A stretch of 64,000 bases of DNA from Leptolyngbya sp. PLA1 (GCA_021405315.1 QWIH01000009.1:7059-71058); one strand, 5' to 3'. Shown: positions 37,862-47,278, counted from the stretch's first letter. The notes: generated by a model from the sequence alone, not told the origin. Numbers and translations: made by a program.

Positions 37862-39490
37862 TCAGTCCGCGATGCTGCTTCCCGTGACCGAGCCCTCGAA
37901 CCGCCTGTGCAGACGCCACAGGTCCGCGACGGAGAGCGGCTTCGCACCCGCGCGGCGACGCTCCGCGCCGAGCCTGTAGAGGCGGTCCCACACCCCGTAG
38001 AGCACGCCGTAGGCCCAGATGGTGGACCTCGCGGGGTCGTAGAGATTCGCGGATTCGCTCGTGACGCCGTTGAGCTCGATGACCCCCAGCCCCTCGCCCC
38101 GCTTCAGGGCGTCCTCGTCGGGGCAGCGGATGTCGAAGCGCCCCAGATCAAGCCCACCCGCGAAGCCGGCGGCGAGTTGGTTGATGGTTCGCTCCAGCGC
38201 GGGAGTGATGAGGTCCGCGCCGTCGGAGAAGAGGGTTCCCTGGGCGTGGTTGCCCGAGAGCGAGAGACGGACGGCCTGACCGGGCGGTGGGACGCGGATG
38301 CACTCGTCGCCGAGCCGGGTAAGAAAGACCTCCGCCTGGAGACTGAAGCGGGGGTGGGTCGCGATGAGTTCCTCGACGGTGTGCGCCCCGTCTCCGTGCA
38401 GCACCGGAAAGGTCTTGCGGTTGATGGAGTAGATGTGACCGGACGCCGCGGAGCCGGGCGTCCTGGTCCACATCACGCCGAACTCCGCGGGGCCGGGGTG
38501 ATAGGGCTGGCACACGGCGGGAGCGGTCATGACCGAGAGATAGGCGAGGGCGTCAGCGGGCGTGCGGACGAGCTTGACGGCGTGGCCCCGCTGCCCCGCA
38601 TCGGGTTTGAGGATCACGGGGAAGTCGAACGGGCGCGGGAGCGACCTCAGACCCTGGAGGAGACCGGCGAGTCTGTCTTCGGGTGCGCCCGGGGGGATGA
38701 GGATGGTTGCCAGCACGGCGGGGTGGTCGCCCAGGGCCCTCATGATCGCGTGCTTGCTTTCGCCGACCCAGCCCCCGCCATTCTCGATCCCGGGATTGCA
38801 GCACGTGAACACGGTGGCGCCGCGATGGCGGAATCCGAGGAGCACGAGATAGGGCAGGAGCGGCAGGTACCAGATCCAGGCGGGCCACCACTCGTGATGG
38901 CGCATCCGAGTGAACGCGACCCGGAGCCGGCGGCGGCCATCGGGGGTCAGGGCTGCCGGAGCGAGCGTCACGACGATCAGCGACGGGGCGATGCACCAGG
39001 GCCAGAGGGACTCGGAGTGAAGGGGTGCGAGTGCCAGCCCCGCACCCCGCGCCAGGGTGTGGGTCAGGAGGGTTGCGAGTGCCGCCCACACGACCTGCCC
39101 GAGCGCGAGCGCGACGAGGGCCGTTCGGCCTGCCTGCCGGGGCGTGAAGTGCGCCCGGGCGAGCGAGGGGAGGGCAGATCTCTGCCCCGCGAGCGCCGCG
39201 GCGAGCAGACCGGAGCGGAAGGGCGATGCTGCGAGTCGTCGTGGCCAGTAGACGCCGCAGGCACCGGTGCGGACCGCGGCGTGCGGGCGTGCGGCCCGCG
39301 CCATGTCCCGGGAGATGGCACCCGCTGCAACCACCACGGGCGCGAGCCAGGGGGTCGAGACGAGGACGAAGGGTGACACGACGGCGCCGAGTCTGCGGCT
39401 GAGGCAGGAGAGCGCGAGCATGGCCGCGGCGAGGAGGGCCAGCGGGGGCTGATCAGCCGAGACGGCAGGGGAGAGCATCGTCGCGTCCAT
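37862..39490 (-). CDS. ATP-grasp (D-Ala-D-Ala ligase-related) protein with N-terminal membrane (VTT/DedA-like) region
   Basis: HHEWWP, CNPGI..GG..GESK, PVILKPDAGQRG, GRFDIR, VIELNGVTSES. Confidence 0.72.
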   Translation of the reverse strand: MDATMLSPAVSADQPPLALLAAAMLALSCLSRRLGAVVSPFVLVSTPWLAPVVVAAGAISRDMARAARPHAAVRTGACGVYWPRRLAASPFRSGLLAAALAGQRSALPSLARAHFTPRQAGRTALVALALGQVVWAALATLLTHTLARGAGLALAPLHSESLWPWCIAPSLIVVTLAPAALTPDGRRRLRVAFTRMRHHEWWPAWIWYLPLLPYLVLLGFRHRGATVFTCCNPGIENGGGWVGESKHAIMRALGDHPAVLATILIPPGAPEDRLAGLLQGLRSLPRPFDFPVILKPDAGQRGHAVKLVRTPADALAYLSVMTAPAVCQPYHPGPAEFGVMWTRTPGSAASGHIYSINRKTFPVLHGDGAHTVEELIATHPRFSLQAEVFLTRLGDECIRVPPPGQAVRLSLSGNHAQGTLFSDGADLITPALERTINQLAAGFAGGLDLGRFDIRCPDEDALKRGEGLGVIELNGVTSESANLYDPARSTIWAYGVLYGVWDRLYRLGAERRRAGAKPLSVADLWRLHRRFEGSVTGSSIAD

Positions 39491-39506
39491 GCGTGGTGGG
39501 GGTCGC

Positions 39507-40670
39507 TCACGCGGAGATGGTGAGGTCCACCGGGCGGCGTTTGCGGATCGCCTCGGACCCGAGCTGGCCGCAGGCGCCCATCATGCTCCGGCCCTTGGTG
39601 CGGCGTCGCTTGGCGAAGACGCCGAGTTCGATGAGCCTCTGGAGGAACGCGTCCACGGCGTCCTCTGTGGGGGCGGGCCAGGGCGAGTTGCGTCTTGGGT
39701 TGTACGGGATGAGGTTCAGCACCGCCATGATGGGTTGACCGGCGATGCGCCCGGCGGCGAGGAGGCCGAAGGGCCGGAAGAAGTCGGCGATCTGCGTCGC
39801 GTGCGCGGGGGAGTCGTTCACGCCCGGGATGAGCACGTACTCGATGCAGACCTTGTTGCCCGACCTCTGGGGCCAGGCGAGCAACGCCTCCTGGAGGGAC
39901 GCGAGTGGCCACTTGCGGTTGAGGGGCATGATGGCGGAGCGATCGGTGTCGTTGGGGGCGTTGAGCGAGAGGGCGAGCCCAAGCCGATGCCACCCGGGCT
40001 GCTTTACGTGCTCCGCGAGCGCACGGATGCCGTCCACGCGTCCGGAGGTTGACACGGTGATCTGCGAGACCGGGACGTGGGGGCCGTTGTGATCCTTGAG
40101 CACCGCGATGGCCTGGAGCACATTGGGCAGGTTGTCAAGGGGTTCCCCCATGCCCATGAACACGATGTTCTTCGGACGGATGCCGAGGACGTGTGTCGCG
40201 GCGTACCACTGCCCGACGATTTCCGCGGGCGAGAGGGAGCGGATGAGGCCCATCTGAGCGGTCTCGCAGAAGGTGCAGCCCATCGCGCAGCCGATCTGGC
40301 TCGAGACGCACAGGGTGTAGGACCGCTCGCCCCGCGAGCTGATCATGGGGATCAGCACGGACTCTGTTCGGAGGTCGGGGAAGGCGGGGCGTGCGGCGTG
40401 GTTGCCGGATTCGGCGCCCGGGCTCGGGCCAACGCCCGGCACCCGCTGGGTGAACTTGATGACCGTGCCTTCGGGTGATTCCTCGCGCACCTCTGTTCCG
40501 ATCTCGGGCACGCTCGCGCGGGCGACGCCTGCGGCGAGGGTGCCATCGCGGAAGCATGCGCGGTACGCGGCGAGCGCCGCGGGCGTGCGCACGCCCAGAG
40601 GCCTGGCCAGGGCGACGAACTCCTCGCTGGTGTGGGAGAGGGGGTTGAGGGAAGGGGTCGGGGCGGTCAC
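39507..40670 (-). CDS. rlmN: 23S rRNA m2A2503 methyltransferase RlmN (radical SAM)
   Basis: CVSSQIGCAMGCTFC, NIVFMGMGEP, LSLNA, IEYVLIPGVNDS, GACGQL. Confidence 0.9.
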   Translation of the reverse strand: MTAPTPSLNPLSHTSEEFVALARPLGVRTPAALAAYRACFRDGTLAAGVARASVPEIGTEVREESPEGTVIKFTQRVPGVGPSPGAESGNHAARPAFPDLRTESVLIPMISSRGERSYTLCVSSQIGCAMGCTFCETAQMGLIRSLSPAEIVGQWYAATHVLGIRPKNIVFMGMGEPLDNLPNVLQAIAVLKDHNGPHVPVSQITVSTSGRVDGIRALAEHVKQPGWHRLGLALSLNAPNDTDRSAIMPLNRKWPLASLQEALLAWPQRSGNKVCIEYVLIPGVNDSPAHATQIADFFRPFGLLAAGRIAGQPIMAVLNLIPYNPRRNSPWPAPTEDAVDAFLQRLIELGVFAKRRRTKGRSMMGACGQLGSEAIRKRRPVDLTISA

Positions 40671-40676
40671 GGGGCG

Positions 40677-40682
40677 ATCGTA
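40677..40682 (-). promoter_or_regulatory. -10-like hexamer TACGAT 6 nt before rlmN GTG 40670
   Basis: TANNNT, no SD. Confidence 0.5.
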
Positions 40683-40706
40683 TGGGGCCCCGGGGCCGCG
40701 AGGCGT

Positions 40707-42209
40707 TTATCGGCGTGCTTCCTGGAGGGCAATGAGGGAGTACGCGGTGATGAGGACGGGATCGTTCTCCATCCAGCGGTCGTCGACGGGTCTGAAGGAG
40801 CCGTCGGGTTGCTGGAGGCCCGTGAGCCGTGCGACGAGGTCCGCCCGCCAATCGCGTGGGGCGCCGCCGTCGGGCGAGGGAACGGAGTCGAGGCCGGAAG
40901 CGCTGAGTGCTCGGGCGAAGACGAGGAAGTAGTAGTAGAGCCCGTCGGATCCGACGCCGGGGTTCTCTTCGAGGGTGTAGTTCCGGGCGATCCAGCCCTG
41001 CGCCGCCTTGACGCGTGGGTCGTTGGCGGTCAGCCCGGCGTAGAGGTACGACTTGAAGCCGGAGTAGGACATGGAGCCATAGGCCCGGAGGCGGCTCTCA
41101 CCCTGCCAGTGGGCCACGGGCGTGGCGACGAGGGAGCCGGGATCGACGGAGTCACGGAACGCCGCGAGCACGAACTCCGATGCGGCGATGGGGTCGGGGG
41201 TGGCCGTTCTGACTTCGAAGGCGGCGCTCTTGCCACCGGACATTCCCGGTCCGAGGAGGACGATGAAGTCCTGCCTGGAGCCGCCGCTCGCGAGAACCTG
41301 CTTCTGCTTCTCGAGGAGTGCGGTGCACTCGTCGCGGGACAGCGTCATGGGAGCGCCGTCCGCGCCGGGCTTGAGGGAGAAGGTGACCGAGGCGCCGGGC
41401 GGTCCGGAGAGCGACTCCGCGATCTCTCCGGCGAAGGACTGTCCGCTGCCGACGCGGTCCTTGTTCTCGCTGGTTGCGTAGACGAACCCGCCCTGAGTGG
41501 AACCCTTGGCGTAGGGCATGTCGTTGGCGTCGCCGGAGGGGAGGTCGAGCATCTGGCAGCGGCGGAGGAAGACGAGCGCGCGTTGGAAGGCGGCGTCATT
41601 CTCGGGCAGGCCGGAGGCGTGCAGGGCCTCGATGGCGAAGCTGGAGTTGGAGAGATCAGGGCGGCCGTGGTTGCCGTAGCCCCACGCGCCGTAGAACGGG
41701 TCGTCCCTGCCCACGACTCTTGCGGTTTCACCGGACTCGTAGGCCACGGCGCCCTCGCCGAACTGCAGGGTCTTGAGATACGCCTGCGCCTTGGCCACGG
41801 CGGCGGTGATCCTCGCGTCCGGGTTCGGCACCTTCGCGAGCGCGGTGAGCGCGATCGCGGTGTTGTACGTGGGGAGGATGCGGTCGTAGATGCCGCCATT
41901 CTCCTGCTGATGAGAGAGGAGGAAGGTCACGGCCCGCGCGATGGCGGGGTCGTTCAACGAGGCGCCCGGGCGGTCGAGAAGCCCCTGGAGGGCGAGAGCG
42001 GTGATCGCGGGGAAGACCGGACGACCGGGGGAAACGCCCCAGCCGCCCGTCGCCGGGTCTTGCCTGGAGAGCAGGAAGGCCGCGGCCTTGTCGGCGGCTT
42101 CGGCGCGGGCGTCGGCGGGATGTGGATGGGTCGGCGGCGCATCGCCCGGCTGCGTGAGGGCGGCTGGGCTTGAGAGAGACATTAGGAAGGCGAGCGCGAT
42201 TGGGTGCAT
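40707..42209 (-). CDS. Secreted prenyltransferase/squalene-hopene-cyclase-repeat protein with ~100-aa internal insert
   Basis: Signal peptide; QW-like repeats LLSRQDPATGGW, LLSHQQENGGI, LTGLQQPDGSF; RAYGSMSYSGFKSYLYAG, DPRVKAA, GLYYY. Confidence 0.82.
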   Translation of the reverse strand: MHPIALAFLMSLSSPAALTQPGDAPPTHPHPADARAEAADKAAAFLLSRQDPATGGWGVSPGRPVFPAITALALQGLLDRPGASLNDPAIARAVTFLLSHQQENGGIYDRILPTYNTAIALTALAKVPNPDARITAAVAKAQAYLKTLQFGEGAVAYESGETARVVGRDDPFYGAWGYGNHGRPDLSNSSFAIEALHASGLPENDAAFQRALVFLRRCQMLDLPSGDANDMPYAKGSTQGGFVYATSENKDRVGSGQSFAGEIAESLSGPPGASVTFSLKPGADGAPMTLSRDECTALLEKQKQVLASGGSRQDFIVLLGPGMSGGKSAAFEVRTATPDPIAASEFVLAAFRDSVDPGSLVATPVAHWQGESRLRAYGSMSYSGFKSYLYAGLTANDPRVKAAQGWIARNYTLEENPGVGSDGLYYYFLVFARALSASGLDSVPSPDGGAPRDWRADLVARLTGLQQPDGSFRPVDDRWMENDPVLITAYSLIALQEARR

Positions 42210-42215
42210 GCGCGC

Positions 42216-42221
42216 ATGATA
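42216..42221 (-). promoter_or_regulatory. -10-like hexamer TATCAT 6 nt before ATG 42209
   Basis: TANNNT, no SD. Confidence 0.5.
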
Positions 42222-42325
42222 GCGAGCGGCCCAGATTGAGGAAAAGCCGCAGGAATCGTGGTGTTATTCGAGAAGTAGCGGGGCGGGCGTGTCGATCCAG
42301 ACTGGACCCGGACATGGAGGCTCGC

Positions 42326-43222
42326 ATGCAATCGAAGAAGACCGCCGCCCTGATCGCCCTCACGACGCTCGCGCTGAGCACCGCCGCCGAGCCGCCCTCG
42401 CACGGCGAGCCCGCGGCGACCGGGAGCAAGCCGACCGCGGTATTGAAGACCACGCCGCCGGGTCCGAGGACTCAGAACGCGACCGCGAAGACGGCGGCGA
42501 AGGCGGCAGCCGAGGACCGCACCTATACCGCCGATGAGGCCCTGTCGATGCTGATGGAGGGCAACGAGCGCTGGGTCTCCAATCGAGTGGACGCGCCGTC
42601 GACCAGCCCGGAGCGGCGCGAGGCCACGACGTCGGGCGGGCAGCACCCGTTCGCGACGATCATCACGTGCGCGGACTCACGCCTGCCGGTGGAGCGGCTG
42701 TTTGACCGCGGCGTGGGGGAGCTGTTCGTAACCCGAGTTGCGGGCAACATCGCCGGCCCGAGCGAGACGGGCACCATCGAGTACGGGGTGGGCCACCTGC
42801 ACACCCCTCTGCTGGTGGTGATGGGCCACGCCAAGTGCGGCGCCGTCGCCGCGGCGGCCGCGGACGCGAAGGTCCATGGGCAGGTCGCGGGCATCCTGGC
42901 GAAGGTCGGCCCCGCGGTCGAGCGAGCCAAGCGGCAGAATCCCTCGCTGAAGGGGGACGAACTGGTGGCGGCGGCGGTGAAGGAGAACGTGTGGCAGACC
43001 GTCTTTGACCTGCTCAAGCAGAGCGACGGCCTGCGCACTCAGGTGCAGCAGGGCCAGCTCCGGATCGTCGGCGCCGTGTGCGATATCAGCACGGGGCGCG
43101 TGGAGTTCATGGGCGAGCACCCCTGGCAGGCGGAGCTCATGACCGCGCTGAACGTGCCGGCGGGGCAGGCGACCGCCGTCGCCCCTGAGTCGCACGATGA
43201 TGATGCGCCCGGCGGGCACTAG
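42326..43222 (+). CDS. Secreted beta-class carbonic anhydrase (298 aa)
   Basis: GGAGG RBS; signal peptide; CADSR, RVAGN, EYGVGHL, GHAKCGAV zinc ligands. Confidence 0.92.
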   Translation: MQSKKTAALIALTTLALSTAAEPPSHGEPAATGSKPTAVLKTTPPGPRTQNATAKTAAKAAAEDRTYTADEALSMLMEGNERWVSNRVDAPSTSPERREATTSGGQHPFATIITCADSRLPVERLFDRGVGELFVTRVAGNIAGPSETGTIEYGVGHLHTPLLVVMGHAKCGAVAAAAADAKVHGQVAGILAKVGPAVERAKRQNPSLKGDELVAAAVKENVWQTVFDLLKQSDGLRTQVQQGQLRIVGAVCDISTGRVEFMGEHPWQAELMTALNVPAGQATAVAPESHDDDAPGGH

Positions 43223-43236
43223 GCCCGTCGGCGGGG

Positions 43237-44775
43237 CTACTTCAGGCCATAGACCTGCGCGGCCTTCTTGCGGAGGTGCCGGAGGAGCGGCTCGGCGCTG
43301 AGAGGCGCGCCCGTGACACGGGTGCAGAGTTCCGCGGCCCGGAATCGCCTCCCGTGGCGATGGATGTTCTTCACGAGCCAGGCCTTGAGCTGGGCAAAGT
43401 CACCCTTGGCGACCTGGGCGGAGAGGTCGGGGATGTCCTGATTGACCTTCTCCCAGAACTGCGCGGCGTAGAGGTTGCCGAGCGTGTACGTGGGGAAGTA
43501 GCCGATGAGCCCGGCGGACCAGTGCACGTCCTGCAGGCAGCCCCGTGCGGCGTCCGGCACCTTCAGGCCGAGGTAGGCGTGGTAGCGGTCGTTCCACTCC
43601 TTCGGGATCTGCTTGACCGTCATGGAGCCGGAGAAGAGCGCCCGCTCGATCTCGAAGCGGATCATGACGTGCATGTTGTACGTGCCCTCGTCGGCCTCCA
43701 CCCGGATGAACGAGGGCCTGATGGTGTTGGTCGCGGCGAAGAAGTCCTTCGCGTCGTACTTGGAGAGGGCCTTGCCCACGTGCTTCCGGCTCTTGGGGAG
43801 GAGCCACTTCCAGAACGACTTCGATCGGCCGACGAAGTTCTCCCACATGCGGCTCTGGCTCTCGTGGATGCCGAGGGAAACAGCCTCTGCGAGGGGCTGG
43901 CCCGGGTGGGTGGCCTTGGGGAGCCCCTGCTCGTAGAGGCCGTGGCCCATCTCGTGCAGCGTGCCGTAGAGGGCATCGGTGAACCGCGACTCGCGGTAGC
44001 GCGTGGTGAGGCGGGTGTCGCCGGGTCCGAAGCCGTCGCAGAAGGGGTGGGTGGTTGTGTCGAGGCGACCGGCGTCGAGATCAAAGCCCATCTGCCGGAT
44101 GACCCAGAGCCCGAGGGCGTGCTGGCGATCGGGCTCGATCTCCACGTCGAGGCACTTGGTGCTCACCTTGGTCCCGGAGGCGCGTACCTCCTCGAGCAGG
44201 GTCGTGAGGCTCCGGCGCAGCGGCGTGAAGGTGGCTTCGACCTGCGAAGCGCGCATCTCCGGCTCGTAGAGGTCCAGCAGCGCGTCGTAGCGCTCTCCAC
44301 CGGCGGGGACGCCGAGGCAGTCGGCCTTGCGGCCGGTGAGCGTGAGCACCTTCTCGAGCATCGGGGCGAAGGACGCGAAGTCGCTCCGCTCGCGTGCGGA
44401 CTTCCACGCCTGCTGGGCCAGGGTCGTGGTCTTCGCGAGTTCCTCGACGAGGTCGCCCGGGAGCTTCGTGGCAAGGTCGTAGTCCCGCTTCAGTTCGCGC
44501 AGGTTCGCGGCGATGGCGGGGTCGCCGGTCAGTTCGGTGTCGGCGAGGCACTGCTGGATCAGTTCGCCCAGCCGAGGGGAGGTGTGCCGTTCGTGCACCA
44601 GCCCGACGATCACCGCCGTCTGGTCGCTGCGCATGGGGTAGGCGGCGGGGGGCATGTAGACCTCCTGGTCCCAGGAGAGGAGCCTCGACATGCCCTCGAG
44701 GAGCGAGGTCTTGCGGACGTACTCGCGGAGTTCGGTGTAGCGGGGGTGCTCGGCTCGGGCGGGCGGCTTGGTCAT
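43237..44775 (-). CDS. Carboxypeptidase M32 (Taq-like)
   Basis: HPF, HEMGH, HESQSR, IRVEADE, GCLQDVHW, GYFPTY. Confidence 0.95.
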   Translation of the reverse strand: MTKPPARAEHPRYTELREYVRKTSLLEGMSRLLSWDQEVYMPPAAYPMRSDQTAVIVGLVHERHTSPRLGELIQQCLADTELTGDPAIAANLRELKRDYDLATKLPGDLVEELAKTTTLAQQAWKSARERSDFASFAPMLEKVLTLTGRKADCLGVPAGGERYDALLDLYEPEMRASQVEATFTPLRRSLTTLLEEVRASGTKVSTKCLDVEIEPDRQHALGLWVIRQMGFDLDAGRLDTTTHPFCDGFGPGDTRLTTRYRESRFTDALYGTLHEMGHGLYEQGLPKATHPGQPLAEAVSLGIHESQSRMWENFVGRSKSFWKWLLPKSRKHVGKALSKYDAKDFFAATNTIRPSFIRVEADEGTYNMHVMIRFEIERALFSGSMTVKQIPKEWNDRYHAYLGLKVPDAARGCLQDVHWSAGLIGYFPTYTLGNLYAAQFWEKVNQDIPDLSAQVAKGDFAQLKAWLVKNIHRHGRRFRAAELCTRVTGAPLSAEPLLRHLRKKAAQVYGLK

Positions 44776-44831
44776 GGCTTCCTCGGCGTCAGCGGGCGGT
44801 CGGGTGCTGGGGTAGGAGCGGGGGGCAGGTC

Positions 44832-45951
44832 TCAGGCACGTGGACGTTCCTGCTCGGCGCGGCGGCGCTGCAGTTCGGCATTGATGAAGTCCGCGATCTC
44901 GCCGCGGAGCACGGCCTCGTAGTTCCTGGACTCGTGGTTGGTGCGGTGGTCCTTGACGCGGTTGTCGTAGAAGACGTAGGAGCGGATCTGGGTGCCCCAG
45001 CCCTGTTCTAGGGCGCCGCCCTGGGCAGCGGCGATCTCTCGCTCACGCTTCTCCTCTTCGATCTGCTCGAGCTTGGCCATGAGGATGGTGAGGGCCTGCT
45101 TGCGGTTCTGGGGCTGGTCGCGGTAGGTGGAGGCGACGACCTGAAGGCCGGTGGGGATGTGGGTGACGCGGATGGCGCTGGCGACCTTGTTGACGTTCTG
45201 GCCGCCGGGACCGCTGGCGCGGACGAAGGGCTCGATCTTGAGGTCCTTCTCGGGAACGTTGAGTTCGGTCTCTTCGAACTCCGGCGCGACCTCGACGGTG
45301 GCGAAGGAGGTCTGGCGTTTTCCCTGGGCGTTGAAGGGGCTGACGCGTGCGAGGCGGTGCGTGCCTCGCTCGCACTTGAGATAGCCGAAGGCGTAGGGCC
45401 CGCGGATGTGGAGGGTCACGGAGTCGATGCCGACTTCGGCGCCGAAGCCCTTGTCGACTTCCTCCATCTCGAAGCCCATCTTCTCGCAGTAGTAGATGTA
45501 CATGCGGAGGAGCATGTCGGCCCAGTCGTTGGCCTCGGTGCCGCCCACGCCGGCGGAGATGGTGAGGAAGCAGTTTCGGTGGTCGTGCCGCCCGGAGAGG
45601 AGGGAGCGCAGTTCGAGGCGCTCCATGCGTGCGACAAGATCGAAGAGCTTGGCGTCGGCCTCGGCGAGCATGTCCTTGTCGCCGGACTCCTTGTAGAACT
45701 CGTAGGCGGTCTTGGCGTCCGCGAGGTCGGTCACGATGGAACGGAGGGGGTCGAGCTGGGCCTTGAGGAGCTTGACCTCCCCGACGATCTTCCGGGCGCG
45801 GCCCTGGTCCTCCCAGAACGACGCGTCGTTCATGAGTGCTTCGAGTTCGCGCTGGCGGACGTCCCGCTGCTCGTAGTTAAAGAGAGTCGCGGATCGTCAA
45901 GATCCGCGCCTCGAGATCCGAGATCACCGGCTGATGGGCGTCGTAGTGCAT
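44832..45951 (-). CDS. prfB: Peptide chain release factor 2, expressed by +1 programmed frameshift (about 372 aa)
   Basis: 24-codon ORF (MHYDAHQPVISDLEARILTIRDSL) ends CTT TAA C; the +1 frame continues NYEQRDVRQ...; RVSPF anticodon motif and GGQ present. Confidence 0.95.
45876..45882 (-). other. prfB: prfB +1 frameshift site CTT-TAA-C
   Basis: Direct reading of the reverse complement; frame arithmetic joins the two ORFs. Confidence 0.9.
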
Positions 45952-46007
45952 GGGGCTCCCTTCGAGCGGGCATCGTAGTCGGCACTCCGGGCCGCGCACA
46001 CCCGGTC

Positions 46008-46013
46008 TATTCT
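46008..46013 (+). promoter_or_regulatory. -10-like hexamer TATTCT 7 nt before tauE GTG 46021
   Basis: TANNNT, no SD. Confidence 0.5.
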
Positions 46014-46020
46014 GGGGTCC

Positions 46021-46854
46021 GTGGATTCCCTGACCTTCACCCTCGTCGTGTGCGGAGCCTCGGTGCTCGCCGGGCTCTTCGGCGCGCTGACCGGGCTGGG
46101 CGGGGGCGGCATTCTCACGCCCATCCTGGTGCTCGCCCTGGGCGTGGACATCCGCTATGCGATCGGCGCGTCGCTGGTGGCGGTCATCGCGACCAGTTGC
46201 GGGAGCGCGGGGGCCTTCCTCCGCGAGGGATTCGTGAATGTTCGCGTCGCGTTTCTGCTGGAGGTCGCGACGGTGGTCGGAGCGATCGGCGGGGCCGTCA
46301 TCGCCTCTCACGTGCCGGCGGGAGCTCTCGGAGGCGTCTTTGGCGTGGTGATGATCTGGACCGCGTGGAACAGCCGCAGGGTCCCCGAACCGACCCCCGG
46401 CGACACCAAGCCGGACGCGGTGGCTGATCGGCTGTCGCTGGGCGGGACGTTCCCGGGGCCGGAGGGGCCGAGGGCGTACTCGGTTCACCGGGTGCCCGCG
46501 GGCTTCGGGGTGATGCTGGGCGCCGGCGTGCTGAGCGCACTGATCGGCATCGGGAGCGGGGTTTTCAAGGTTCTGGCGATGGACCGGCTGATGAGGATGC
46601 CGTTCAAGGTGTCGACCACCACGAGCAACTTCATGGTTGGCGTGACCGCCGCGGCGAGCGTGGCGGTCTATCTCCACCGGGGGCAGGTCCACGCGGGGCT
46701 CGCGATGCCGGTGGCGGTGGGGGCCCTCGTAGGCTCGGCGCTCGGCGCGAGGCTCCTGAAGCGGTTCAACGTGTCGACGCTGCGGCTGATCTTCGCGGTG
46801 GTCCTTTCCGTCATCGGGGTCCAGATGATCATCCGTGGAGTGAGGGCACTCTGA
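46021..46854 (+). CDS. Sulfite exporter TauE/SafE family membrane protein
   Basis: GLFGALTGLGGGGIL, AIGASL, GIGSG, STTTSNFM. Confidence 0.9.
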   Translation: MDSLTFTLVVCGASVLAGLFGALTGLGGGGILTPILVLALGVDIRYAIGASLVAVIATSCGSAGAFLREGFVNVRVAFLLEVATVVGAIGGAVIASHVPAGALGGVFGVVMIWTAWNSRRVPEPTPGDTKPDAVADRLSLGGTFPGPEGPRAYSVHRVPAGFGVMLGAGVLSALIGIGSGVFKVLAMDRLMRMPFKVSTTTSNFMVGVTAAASVAVYLHRGQVHAGLAMPVAVGALVGSALGARLLKRFNVSTLRLIFAVVLSVIGVQMIIRGVRAL

Positions 46855-47246
46855 CCACGCCCGCACCAACCCCGCAGCCCCACCCACGCGCGCTCGAACT
46901 CGCGCTGGCGCGCGTGCTGCGCGGGGGCGTGTGGACGGCCTCCGCCCTCGCGCTCGTCGCCGGCGTGGCGTACCTGCGGGGGCACGGCTCGGAGCGCACG
47001 GACCTCTCGACGTTCGCGGGAGAGCCGCACGGGCTCGACAGCGCGACGGCGGTCGTTCGTGGCGCGGCGGCGTGGGAGCCCGCGGCGTGGATGCAGTTGG
47101 CGGTGCTGATCCTGGTCGCGGCACCTGTCGCCTGCGTCGGGCTGGCGCTGCTCCACTATGTCCGGCGACGGGACTGGGTGTTCGTGGCTGCGTGCGCCGT
47201 GGTGCTCGCCGGGCTGGGCGCCGGGATGGCGGGCCTGATCGATTAG
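46851..47246 (+). CDS. DUF1634-like membrane protein; start probably non-canonical CTG 46851 (first GTG at 46914)
   Basis: LELALARVLRGGV..S, MQLAVLILVAAPV; typical TauE partner; start uncertain. Confidence 0.72.
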   Translation: MTTPAPTPQPHPRALELALARVLRGGVWTASALALVAGVAYLRGHGSERTDLSTFAGEPHGLDSATAVVRGAAAWEPAAWMQLAVLILVAAPVACVGLALLHYVRRRDWVFVAACAVVLAGLGAGMAGLID

Positions 47247-47278
47247 CCGGCTTGTCCGCCGCTACTATTTCCCCTCCC

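Noticed and set aside
44832-45833. prfB as a truncated gene or pseudogene starting at ATG 45833
   Set aside because: Explained by the programmed +1 frameshift from the upstream 24-codon ORF
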